From positions 1,099,150 through 1,163,149 of the forward strand of contig OZ241325.1 in the NCBI GenBank assembly GCA_965200025.1: a stretch of DNA of 64,000 nucleotides, read 5' to 3'. Below the pieces are notes generated by a model. That model did not search any database. It was not told the origin of the DNA and worked only from the letters and a program-made list of their open reading frames with translations. The stretch comes from Bdellovibrionales bacterium. Lineage in GTDB: Bacteria; Bdellovibrionota; Bdellovibrionia; Bdellovibrionales; UBA1609. The position numbers and the translations under genes were made by a program. Below, piece by piece: positions 47,764 to 56,059 of this stretch (positions are counted from its first letter, which is position 1; the number at the start of each line of letters is the position of its first letter).

Positions 47764-49008
47764 ATGCCCCCACCCCCCTCTTATTACCCCAAGGCAAAAG
47801 ACCAGGTCAAGGCTCATCCCCACTTAAGGCCAAACAAAACCCCGGAGGCAAAAAAACCTTTGCTTTTAACCCCCGGACCTGTGTGTATGCCCCAAAGGGT
47901 TTTAAAGCAGCTGGCCCAACCTATGATTCACCACAGAAGCAAAGGGGCCAAAGAGTTGATATTAAAAGTACAGGTTTTACTGAAAAAGTTTTTTCAAACC
48001 TCTCAGCCGGTATTGATTTTGAATGCCAACGGCACGGGGGCTATGGCAGCAGCTCTTTTAAACACCCTGTCACCCAAAGACAAAGTGATAGCCTTGTGCG
48101 CCGGCCGGTTTGCCGCCCGCTGGGCGGATATGGCAAAAGCTTACCGCTTAAAAGTTTTGCCCGTCCATGTCCCCTGGGGAAAAGCCATCAATCCTAATCT
48201 GCTGAAAACCCAGCTGCAAAAACACCCCGACACCAAAGCCGTTTTGTGCCAGGCCTGTGAAACCAGCACCGGTGTTTTGCATCCTGTAAGAGAGCTGGCC
48301 CGCTTAACCAAAAACAAACCCGGCACTTTGTTTTTAGTGGATGCCATATCGGCCCTGGGTGCGGTGTCTTTACCCATGGACCGATGGGGAATAGATGCTC
48401 TCATTGGGGGTTCACAAAAATCTTTCAGCCTGCCTGCGGGTATGTCTTTTATTGCTTTGTCCAAAAAAGCATGGCGTTTTAATCAAGGGGCAAAAATGCC
48501 GGTCTTTTACCTGAATTTAAAAAAAGAGCTTCAGGTTCAACAGCAGGGGCAAACCGCCTTTAGCACCAATATCAGTTTTTTAAAAGCTCTTTACGCTTCT
48601 CTTTATCCCTTAAAAACCCACAGGCTTTCTTATTTTCAAAGCAAATCTTTAAAACTTTCCCGCATGACTTTAAAGTTTTGCCAGTGCATGGGGCTTAAAG
48701 TTTTTTCGCAAAACCCCTCCCCTTCTGTAACGGCCTTTCAGCTGCCAGATCATATCGACGGCACTCAACTAAAAGACGATATAGAAAAAAAACATTGTAT
48801 TACTTTTGGGGGAGGTATGGAGCATCTGAAGGGAAAAATCCTGCGGGTGGGGCATTTGGGGGAAATCCCCCCCTCCCGGCTTTTAAAAAGCTTAAAAATT
48901 TTATCCCTGGCCCTTCACAAAAAAGATCCCCGTTTGTTTACCAAAGAAAAAATCAAAACCACTTTTCAGAAAATTACTGGGGAAAAACCCCACAAGTGGC
49001 AATTTTAA
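47764..49008 (+). CDS. Class V PLP aminotransferase (serine-pyruvate/alanine-glyoxylate type)
   Basis: LLTPGP, HHRS, ETSTGV, VDAIS, GSQKS and RVGHLG. Confidence 0.92.
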   Translation: MPPPPSYYPKAKDQVKAHPHLRPNKTPEAKKPLLLTPGPVCMPQRVLKQLAQPMIHHRSKGAKELILKVQVLLKKFFQTSQPVLILNANGTGAMAAALLNTLSPKDKVIALCAGRFAARWADMAKAYRLKVLPVHVPWGKAINPNLLKTQLQKHPDTKAVLCQACETSTGVLHPVRELARLTKNKPGTLFLVDAISALGAVSLPMDRWGIDALIGGSQKSFSLPAGMSFIALSKKAWRFNQGAKMPVFYLNLKKELQVQQQGQTAFSTNISFLKALYASLYPLKTHRLSYFQSKSLKLSRMTLKFCQCMGLKVFSQNPSPSVTAFQLPDHIDGTQLKDDIEKKHCITFGGGMEHLKGKILRVGHLGEIPPSRLLKSLKILSLALHKKDPRLFTKEKIKTTFQKITGEKPHKWQF

Positions 49009-49654
49009 ACTGCCCCAACACCCCTTTTAGGCCGGCAGTAAACTCTTCATAACCGTCATCATCCAGAGCCACCAGTTGTTTTTCATTGTCAAAAGAGGCC
49101 TGGCCTGTAAAAGTCCCTGAAGCAAAAGACCCCTCCAAAGTTACAGAGCCTTTACTGTCTGCAAACACCAAAACCACCTGGGTTCCACTCACATACCCCC
49201 TGTGGCCATTGAGTGTGACCGGGAGCTGATTTTCCGGCTCCTCCAGAGAATGCACCCGTATTTCCATTTGAGAGGCGGGGGCATCCAAAGTCACATTCTG
49301 GTTGTCACCATACAGATTGACTTTCCCCTTAAATTTTAAATTTAACTTGAATAACACCCCTTTACCATTCCCCGGCTCACAGGATATGGAATCCGATTCA
49401 GCATAAGGCTCAATCAAAGTGCCTGAAGAAATAAAATTTTTAAAACTTTGATCAGAGCCTCCCACGCAGGTTATCCCCCCCCAAACCTCCTGATCGTTGT
49501 GGGCGGGACAATCTGTTTGAGATCTGAGGTACACTTCATCCACCCCATACCTGTTGTCTGAGGCAAAGGGCAGGGAAAGAGAGGGGGGCTGGCAGCTAAA
49601 CAGGCACCAAATCCCACCCAAAATCATCAATAAAAACAGACCAGGCTTCCACAT
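48974..49654 (-). CDS. Hypothetical lipoprotein
   Basis: LFSC lipobox and beta-rich body. Confidence 0.75.
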   Translation of the reverse strand: MWKPGLFLLMILGGIWCLFSCQPPSLSLPFASDNRYGVDEVYLRSQTDCPAHNDQEVWGGITCVGGSDQSFKNFISSGTLIEPYAESDSISCEPGNGKGVLFKLNLKFKGKVNLYGDNQNVTLDAPASQMEIRVHSLEEPENQLPVTLNGHRGYVSGTQVVLVFADSKGSVTLEGSFASGTFTGQASFDNEKQLVALDDDGYEEFTAGLKGVLGQFKIATCGVFPQ

Positions 49655-49761
49655 GCCCCTCTTTTCGGCCTTTAACCTTAAAAAACTTTAGTTTTTGATA
49701 TTTACACTTCTGCTGTTTTGAGCTAAAACATTTAAAATTCCAGACTAAAGAATGAAAAATC

Positions 49762-52086
49762 ATGAAAAAAAAACCCACTTCCCCCCCGCCTCAGCGGTCA
49801 GATAAAAAAAACCTTTACAGGGCGGCTTTAAACTTTCACAAAAAAGAACCCCGGGGGAAAATCTCTGTACAGGCCTCCAAGCCTGTGGACACCGACTATG
49901 AGCTGTCCCTGGCTTATAGTCCCGGTGTGGCAGCCCCCTGCCTCAGCATTGCCAAAAACCCTGCACAGGTTTACGACTACACAACCAAGGGAAACCTTGT
50001 GGCTGTGGTCAGCAACGGAAGTGCGGTACTCGGCCTGGGCAATATTGGCCCTTTGGCAGCCAAGCCGGTGATGGAGGGCAAAGGGGTTTTATTCAAGCAG
50101 TTTGCTGGCATTCATGTGTTTGACATAGAGTTAAAGGTCAAAACCCCTGAGGAGTTTATCTCTGTCTGTAAGGCCCTGGAGCCCACCTTTGGTGGTATCA
50201 ACCTGGAGGACATTGCAGCCCCCCACTGCTTTGAAATTGAAAAAAAGCTGGAGGCTGCACTCAATATCCCTGTTTTTCACGATGATCAGCACGGCACAGC
50301 CATTATTACAGCAGCGGCCCTTTTAAACGCCTGTCACTTAAGAGGCAAAAAACTCAGTCAAATCCAAATTGTGTTTAACGGGGCGGGGGCGGCTGCCATT
50401 GCCTGTGCCAAATTGCTCTTAACCCTGGGGGTGAAAAAAAACCATATTGTCATGTGTGATTCCAAAGGGGTTATTCACGCAGGAAGAAAAGACATTAACA
50501 CCTACAAGCAGCAGTTTGCTTTAAAAACCCCTCACAGAACTTTAAAGGCTGCCTTAAAAAACGCGGATGTGTTTATTGGTCTTTCTGTGGGCAACACACT
50601 GACACCCCTAATGTTGAAAAGCATGGGCAAAAGTCCCATTGTGTTTGCTTTGGCCAATCCTGATCCGGAGATCAGGCCCGAGCTGGCCAAAAAAACAGTA
50701 CCTGATGTGATTATTGCCACAGGCCGGAGTGATTACCCCAATCAGGTCAACAATGTACTTGGGTTTCCCTTTATTTTCCGGGGGGCTTTGGATGTGGGGG
50801 CCACCCATATTAACGAGGCTATGAAGAAAGCTGCTGTGTTTGCCCTGGCCCGCCTGGCCCGGGAGAATGTTCCCGACAATGTTTTAAGGGCCTATCAAAG
50901 TGAAAAATTTCACTTCGGCCCGGACTACATACTTCCCAAGCCCTTTGACATGAGAGTGCTGACCACCCTGGCCCCTGCGGTGGCACAGGCAGCCATGGAC
51001 TCAGGCGTGGCAAGAAGGCCCATCAGGGATTTTGAAAAATATAAGCAAACTCTGGCAGGTTTTCAGAGTCGAAAACGGGGTTTTATCCGGCAAACTTTAA
51101 ATCGTATCAAAAACTCTCAAAACTCTTTGCCTAAAATTGTATTTCCCGAAGGAACCTCTCACAGGATTTTAAAAGCCCTTAACACCCTTCATGAGGAAAA
51201 CATCATAAGCCCCATCCTTTTGGGGGACAAAGAGGAAATACGCCAAACAATAAAAAGCAAAGACTTGGACAATATGGACCGTGTGCAAATTGTGGACCCC
51301 ATACATTCCCCCTCTTTTGAGGCTTATGCCCAAAAATTTTACAGTATGAAAAAACGCAAAGGGATTTTAAAAAAAGAGGCTCTTCGTCTGATGAAAGATC
51401 CCAATTACTTTGCCTCCATGATGGTGCACTCAGGAGCTGCTGATGCTCTGATCACCGGGGCCACTGTGAATTATGCAGACAGTGTAAGGCCCATTTTACA
51501 GATTATTGGCACCGGGAAAAGAAAAATCGCCTCTGGTACAAACATTGTACTGATTAAGAATCAAATGTTGTTTTTTGCAGACACCACAGTGAATATTAAC
51601 CCCACAGCAGAAGACATTGCCCACATTGCGGTACACACGGCCCGGGTGGCCCAGTGGATGAACAAAAAACCCCGTATTGCCATGCTAAGTTTTTCCAACT
51701 TTACAGGTAAAAAAGACAACCCCAAAAAAATGAGTGAGGCAGCGGCTCTTGTCAGAAGCTGGTATCCAAGCTGGACAGTGGATGGGGAAATGCAGGCGGA
51801 CACAGCGGTCAACCCTCACATTGTGAAACACATTTTTCCCTTTTGCCGTATTCAAACCGGGGCCAATGTTTTAATATTTCCCAACCTGGACTCTGGCAAC
51901 ATTGCCTACAAACTGGTTCAACAGCTGGGATCGGGAGAGGTCCTGGGGCCTTTCCTTATGGGGGTTAAAAAACCTGCCAATGTTTTACAGCGAACCTGCA
52001 CCACCGAAGAGGTGGCAGGCATGGTGGTTATGACATGCCTTAAAATCCAGGCTTATAAAGAGTTTCAAAAAAAACAAAAAAAGTGA
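49762..52086 (+). CDS. maeB: NADP-dependent malic enzyme with PTA domain
   Basis: [23 protein letters not shown] and [13 protein letters not shown], with C-terminal VDGEMQAD and [12 protein letters not shown]. Confidence 0.96.
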   Translation: MKKKPTSPPPQRSDKKNLYRAALNFHKKEPRGKISVQASKPVDTDYELSLAYSPGVAAPCLSIAKNPAQVYDYTTKGNLVAVVSNGSAVLGLGNIGPLAAKPVMEGKGVLFKQFAGIHVFDIELKVKTPEEFISVCKALEPTFGGINLEDIAAPHCFEIEKKLEAALNIPVFHDDQHGTAIITAAALLNACHLRGKKLSQIQIVFNGAGAAAIACAKLLLTLGVKKNHIVMCDSKGVIHAGRKDINTYKQQFALKTPHRTLKAALKNADVFIGLSVGNTLTPLMLKSMGKSPIVFALANPDPEIRPELAKKTVPDVIIATGRSDYPNQVNNVLGFPFIFRGALDVGATHINEAMKKAAVFALARLARENVPDNVLRAYQSEKFHFGPDYILPKPFDMRVLTTLAPAVAQAAMDSGVARRPIRDFEKYKQTLAGFQSRKRGFIRQTLNRIKNSQNSLPKIVFPEGTSHRILKALNTLHEENIISPILLGDKEEIRQTIKSKDLDNMDRVQIVDPIHSPSFEAYAQKFYSMKKRKGILKKEALRLMKDPNYFASMMVHSGAADALITGATVNYADSVRPILQIIGTGKRKIASGTNIVLIKNQMLFFADTTVNINPTAEDIAHIAVHTARVAQWMNKKPRIAMLSFSNFTGKKDNPKKMSEAAALVRSWYPSWTVDGEMQADTAVNPHIVKHIFPFCRIQTGANVLIFPNLDSGNIAYKLVQQLGSGEVLGPFLMGVKKPANVLQRTCTTEEVAGMVVMTCLKIQAYKEFQKKQKK

Positions 52087-52092
52087 CCACCC

Positions 52093-52575
52093 TTAGTTGA
52101 TCTGATAAGGTGCTTGTTGCGATTCAATTTCAGTAATAGCAACATACATAATCCACAGATGCCGCTCTTTTGCTCTGGCGGAGAATAAAGGTGCAAAAGT
52201 GGGAGGGCTTCTGTATTCTACGGTACCTACTGGTATGAGATGACTTTGGGTGTGTATTGACAGAGCTTCACTATACGCTTCCTCTTTATCGCTTCGAGCA
52301 GCGGCATTAATGATTGAAACCCCAGAGATATGAACAGTGTATTTTTCCATTGCTCTCTCTTTATTTCTGGCATAACATGTCCAGTTATTAGTAAAGTGAG
52401 GACTGTCCAATGTGTAGCTTAAATTTTTTGAATTTTTACCTAAGAATTTTGACATAACCACTTTACAGTACTTACGCACCTGCTCATCCAAATAACCGGG
52501 AGCCCATCCTCCGGAACCATAAGAACACCAAAGGCAGGTTAAGCAAACAACTAAAGACATGAGACGGGTTTTCAT
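52093..52575 (-). CDS. Secreted hypothetical protein, paralog of 53734-54231
   Basis: AGGAGG RBS, signal peptide, and shared Y.D.QV.KYCK and AYSEALS.HTQ.HLI. Confidence 0.82.
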   Translation of the reverse strand: MKTRLMSLVVCLTCLWCSYGSGGWAPGYLDEQVRKYCKVVMSKFLGKNSKNLSYTLDSPHFTNNWTCYARNKERAMEKYTVHISGVSIINAAARSDKEEAYSEALSIHTQSHLIPVGTVEYRSPPTFAPLFSARAKERHLWIMYVAITEIESQQAPYQIN

Positions 52576-52644
52576 TTTACTCCTCCTTTTTTTTGATTTA
52601 AGTACTTCAAAACACCTAATATAAGGATTTTGAAACTTAAACCC

Positions 52645-52700
52645 ACTTTACCCCCCCCCCATTTTTTTTCAAGGGTTTTTATAAAAGCTGGACCTTTGAC
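52645..52700 (-). promoter_or_regulatory. Poly-G-spacer promoter cassette, copy 4 (G10)
   Basis: Reverse complement reads GTCAAAGGTCCAG...CCCTTGAAA-AAAAAT-G10-TAAAGT. Confidence 0.7.
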
Positions 52701-52727
52701 CTTAAATTTTCCAGGGGATGGGGATAA

Positions 52728-52828
52728 TGGAAGTCTCATTCCCCTTTAGAGGTTCCGTCACTCTTTCTGGGGAGGTCCCATTGTCCTTTAGAAGTTCCGT
52801 CACCCCCGCCCACTTTGCGGGGGTTCAG
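52728..52828. repeat. Direct repeat with 42-bp period, ending in a REP-like hairpin
   Basis: CCTTTAGA[GA]GTTCCGTCAC occurs twice, followed by ACCCCCGC-N7-GCGGGGGT at 52802-52824. Confidence 0.7.
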
Positions 52829-52910
52829 AACAAAAATACCACATTTTAAGAAAACGCCTTTTCTATAAGTAATAATGGTTTTTAATGCCGCAATGTATAA
52901 TAACTTTCCA

Positions 52911-53032
52911 GAAGGTTCAAGATACTTTAAGTTGACTAAAAGGTGAGTTAACTTATTTTAATAACTCCCTCTAAGGTGTCTTGAGCCTTCCAGAATAAAA
53001 ATCTTAAGGCTTGTCTTTAAGTAGCCACCTTT
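52911..53032 (+). ncRNA. Candidate structured cis-regulatory leader RNA
   Basis: A 19-bp stem (52911-52929/52972-52990) and an 8-bp stem (52930-52937/52946-52953). All four non-WC pairs are G.U. It begins just after TATAAT at 52896-52901. Confidence 0.5.
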
Positions 53033-53064
53033 CGGAGATCACAAACATAAGGGGGAATGGACTA

Positions 53065-53727
53065 ATGAAATTTAATATTAAAAAAATGTGTTTTGGTTTG
53101 TTGTGTTTGTTTTCTTTTATAGCAGCTTCTCATGCTGCTCCACTTCCACTTCATTTTATTAATACAGGGTCCAGTGTGGAAGCAGGCAAGCACTTTGTGG
53201 CAATGGATGTGGGATTAAATCCGAAAAGACTCTCTTACAAAACTGTTCCTTTCTCTTTAGCTTATGCCTTTGGTTTTAAAAAATGGGACTTGGGTTTGTC
53301 TGCATCTTATGCTCTGTCGTATGCTTATCAGGTTTCTCTGATTTCAAAATACCATGTTTTTTCCAAAAACACTTTTAATTTGGGAGTTGCAGGTGCGGCA
53401 GGGGCTGCACATATCGGGATGCTGATTCCAGTTCCTTTTCTGAGTGCTTTTTTGGTTGGCAGTTCCCGGTGGGGGGCTTACGAAGCTGCTTTGTTTTTGG
53501 GTGTCAGCCACCTTTTAATAGGACAAAAAGTTTCGGGAGGTTCCACAGCTGATCAAAAAAATAAAAACCTTGAGGGAGAGAAATTTTTCCGGTGGTCTGC
53601 TGTTCAGGTGGGGACTTCTCATACCTACCACTGGACATCTGATTTTTTCACCACATTGGTTCTCCGCACAAAACTGAAGAAGGTCCAAAATTTTGCACTT
53701 AGCCTACAGGCCCGCCATCTTTTTTAA
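53065..53727 (+). CDS. Probable small outer-membrane beta-barrel protein
   Basis: GGGGGA RBS, signal peptide ending SHA, amphipathic strands and C-terminal L.A.HLF. Confidence 0.72.
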   Translation: MKFNIKKMCFGLLCLFSFIAASHAAPLPLHFINTGSSVEAGKHFVAMDVGLNPKRLSYKTVPFSLAYAFGFKKWDLGLSASYALSYAYQVSLISKYHVFSKNTFNLGVAGAAGAAHIGMLIPVPFLSAFLVGSSRWGAYEAALFLGVSHLLIGQKVSGGSTADQKNKNLEGEKFFRWSAVQVGTSHTYHWTSDFFTTLVLRTKLKKVQNFALSLQARHLF

Positions 53728-53733
53728 GTTTCT

Positions 53734-54231
53734 TTATTTTTCTTGGAAAATTTTAGTAATAGCTAAATACGTAGTATAATTCCCGCTGCGGTCAAATAAC
53801 GTGGGTAGGAGATTATCCATTACATACAAGGGGCTATGTTCGAGTGAATACTCTACACCAGCTACTTCTATGAGATGACCTTGGGTGTGCATTGACAGAG
53901 CTTCACTATACGCTGCTTTTATACTGTTTTGGGAGTCTTCTTTTTTGGCTTGAAATCCAGTTATTTCAGCAATGTATGTTTTTTCTGTATTTTGTTTTTG
54001 TTCCACTAAAGTACACATCCAGATTGTTTTATTGGGATTCATAGATTTCTTATTTCTGAATTTTTTAATTGTAGTTTTATAAGTAAAATTTTTTATATCT
54101 GCCTCTAAATACTTTGCCATAAAAGCCTTACAGTACTTCAAAACCTGATCATCCACATAATCGGCTGTACTATAAGAAGACCAAAGGCTGAAGCCAAGAC
54201 AGGCAACTAAAGACATTAAATGGTTTTTCAT
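53734..54231 (-). CDS. Secreted hypothetical protein, paralog of 52093-52575
   Basis: AGGAGG RBS, signal peptide and shared motifs. Confidence 0.82.
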   Translation of the reverse strand: MKNHLMSLVACLGFSLWSSYSTADYVDDQVLKYCKAFMAKYLEADIKNFTYKTTIKKFRNKKSMNPNKTIWMCTLVEQKQNTEKTYIAEITGFQAKKEDSQNSIKAAYSEALSMHTQGHLIEVAGVEYSLEHSPLYVMDNLLPTLFDRSGNYTTYLAITKIFQEK

Positions 54232-54281
54232 TTTACTCCTCCTTTTTTGTTTTTAAATATCAAAAATAAGACTTAAAATTG

Positions 54282-54355
54282 ATTTTACCCCCCCCCATTT
54301 TTTTTCAAGCTTTTTTTTCAGAAAAACAAAAACTGGACTTTTGACCCGTGCATTT
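54282..54355 (-). promoter_or_regulatory. Poly-G-spacer promoter cassette, copy 5 (G9)
   Basis: Reverse complement reads AAATGCA..GTCAAAAGTCCAGTTTTTGT...CTTGAAA-AAAAAT-G9-TAAAAT. Confidence 0.7.
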
Positions 54356-54363
54356 AGGCACCT

Positions 54364-54549
54364 ATTGGAGAATATTGAGTGAGATAGAGGCAAAGGCTTA
54401 AAACTGGGACTTCAAAAAGGCCGCAAAGAAGGCCAACAGGAGCTGATTTTAAAGATGTTGGAGGAAAGGTGGATTTGTCTCTTATCTCCAAGGTAACGGG
54501 TTTGTCAGCACAGGAGCTTAAAAAACTGAAAAATGGCTCCAAAAAATAA
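54364..54549 (+). pseudogene. Rpn (YhgA-like) 3' remnant
   Basis: Aligns with 61042-61381 with internal deletions. The downstream 150 bp or so also matches 61382-61530. Confidence 0.88.
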
Positions 54550-54728
54550 TACCTGTTGCCTGAAAATCACTAAAAATACCCATTAAGGCAAGTATCCTGA
54601 ACTTTAAATATTACAGATGATGGGGATATTTCAGGCTTTTTAACCAAATTGACAATCTTTCTGTACCGCATACAAACTTGGCAGTTCTGGCTGGTTTTTG
54701 GCTTCCTGAAAAGCAGACCTTACAATGT

Positions 54729-54790
54729 GAGTATTTTTGGCTTAAGTCCAAAATACTCGTGAGTAAAATGGACTCTTGTCAAAAAAACTC
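54729..54790. promoter_or_regulatory. Two tandem 30-bp GAGT-N22-ACTC pseudo-palindromes (putative operators)
   Basis: 54729-54758 and 54761-54790, ending 20 bp before ATG 54811. Confidence 0.55.
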
Positions 54791-54810
54791 AGATTTGTTA
54801 AATCAGGTGT

Positions 54811-55965
54811 ATGAGCGTTAAAACACCACATATTAAAAGGTATCTGAAGCATCCCATTGCCAGGGATTTAAGGGACAAGATGGTTTTTATCAGCGGTCCC
54901 CGGCAGGCAGGTAAAACCACTTTGGCACTTCCTTTTCTAAAAAAACCGGAACCTTCCCATCCTGCTTATTTGAATTATGATCACCCGGCGGATCAGGATA
55001 TGATTGTAAAGGGTCTTTTCCCATCCGGGCAAAAAATAATTGTTTTGGATGAAGTTCATAAGTATCCCCGATGGCGGAATCTGATTAAGGGTTTTTACGA
55101 TAAACAAAAAACCTACCGGCGATTTTTGGTAACGGGTTCTGCCAGATTGTCCCATTACAGCCGGGGAGGCGATTCCCTGCAAGGTCGTTACTACTCTTAT
55201 CGCTTGCATCCTTTGTCTTTAAGAGAGTTAAACTCCAGCCCCAAAGTGGGGGATTTAAAAGATTTGTTAAAGTGGGGTGGTTTTCCTGAACCTTTTTTAA
55301 AAGGTTCTTTAAAGACTTTAAAACGCTGGCATAAAAACTTCAGGGAACGACTGGTGCAAGAGGACATCAGAACCCTGGAAAACATTAAAACTCTTTATTT
55401 AATGGACTTGTTGGTTCAGGCTTTGCCAGAACGAGTGGGGTCTCCTTTGTCTTTGAAAAATCTTATGGAGGATCTTCAGGTCTCTCACAAAACAGTGGAA
55501 CAATGGATTTATATTTTGGAAAATATGTATTTTTGTTTTCGTATTCCCCCTTTTGATTCACCTCAAATTCGGGCGGTTAAAAAAGAGCAAAAACTTTATT
55601 TGTTTGACTGGTCAGCGGTGCCAGAAGAGGGTGGGCAGAGGTTTGAAAACCTGGTGGCCTGCCAGCTTCTGAAGTACTGTCATTTTGAAGAGGACACAGA
55701 GGGCCACACCATGGAGCTTCGTTTTTTAAGGGACACGGATAAAAGAGAGGTGGATTTTGTGGTGTTGAAAAACAAAAAACCTGTGTTTGCAGTGGAGTGC
55801 AAATCCGGGGACAGGGGGCTGGCCCCTGCCATTTCTTATTTTAAGCAGAGAACAAACATTCCTCAGTTTTATCAGGTTCATTTAAAAGAAAAAGATGTGG
55901 AAACTTTATCCGGGGACAGAATTTTACCTTTTACCACTTTTTGCCAGGCACTCAAAATGCCTTGA
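54811..55965 (+). CDS. AAA+ ATPase with DUF4143 C-terminal domain
   Basis: GPRQAGKTT, LDEVH, TGSA, GGFPEP, KLYLFD, FENLV and EVDFV..ECK. Confidence 0.92.
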   Translation: MSVKTPHIKRYLKHPIARDLRDKMVFISGPRQAGKTTLALPFLKKPEPSHPAYLNYDHPADQDMIVKGLFPSGQKIIVLDEVHKYPRWRNLIKGFYDKQKTYRRFLVTGSARLSHYSRGGDSLQGRYYSYRLHPLSLRELNSSPKVGDLKDLLKWGGFPEPFLKGSLKTLKRWHKNFRERLVQEDIRTLENIKTLYLMDLLVQALPERVGSPLSLKNLMEDLQVSHKTVEQWIYILENMYFCFRIPPFDSPQIRAVKKEQKLYLFDWSAVPEEGGQRFENLVACQLLKYCHFEEDTEGHTMELRFLRDTDKREVDFVVLKNKKPVFAVECKSGDRGLAPAISYFKQRTNIPQFYQVHLKEKDVETLSGDRILPFTTFCQALKMP

Positions 55966-55971
55966 GTTTTT

Positions 55972-56020
55972 TTTAAGGGGACCATATTTTTTATCCGGCA
56001 TCTCGTCCCAAGGTTTTTCC
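55972..56020 (-). pseudogene. 3'-end remnant of a DUF5131 gene
   Basis: TTAAGGGGACCATATTTTTTATCCGGCATCTCGTCCCA matches 61657-61700. Confidence 0.8.
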
Positions 56021-56059
56021 TGTAATGAGGTGAAGAGTGTGAATCCACTGTTTTTTTCA

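Noticed and set aside
52911-52990. 6S RNA, SRP RNA, SAM-I riboswitch or intrinsic terminator
   Set aside because: It is too short for 6S, lacks the SRP and SAM-I core motifs, and has no U-tract after the stem on the plus strand.
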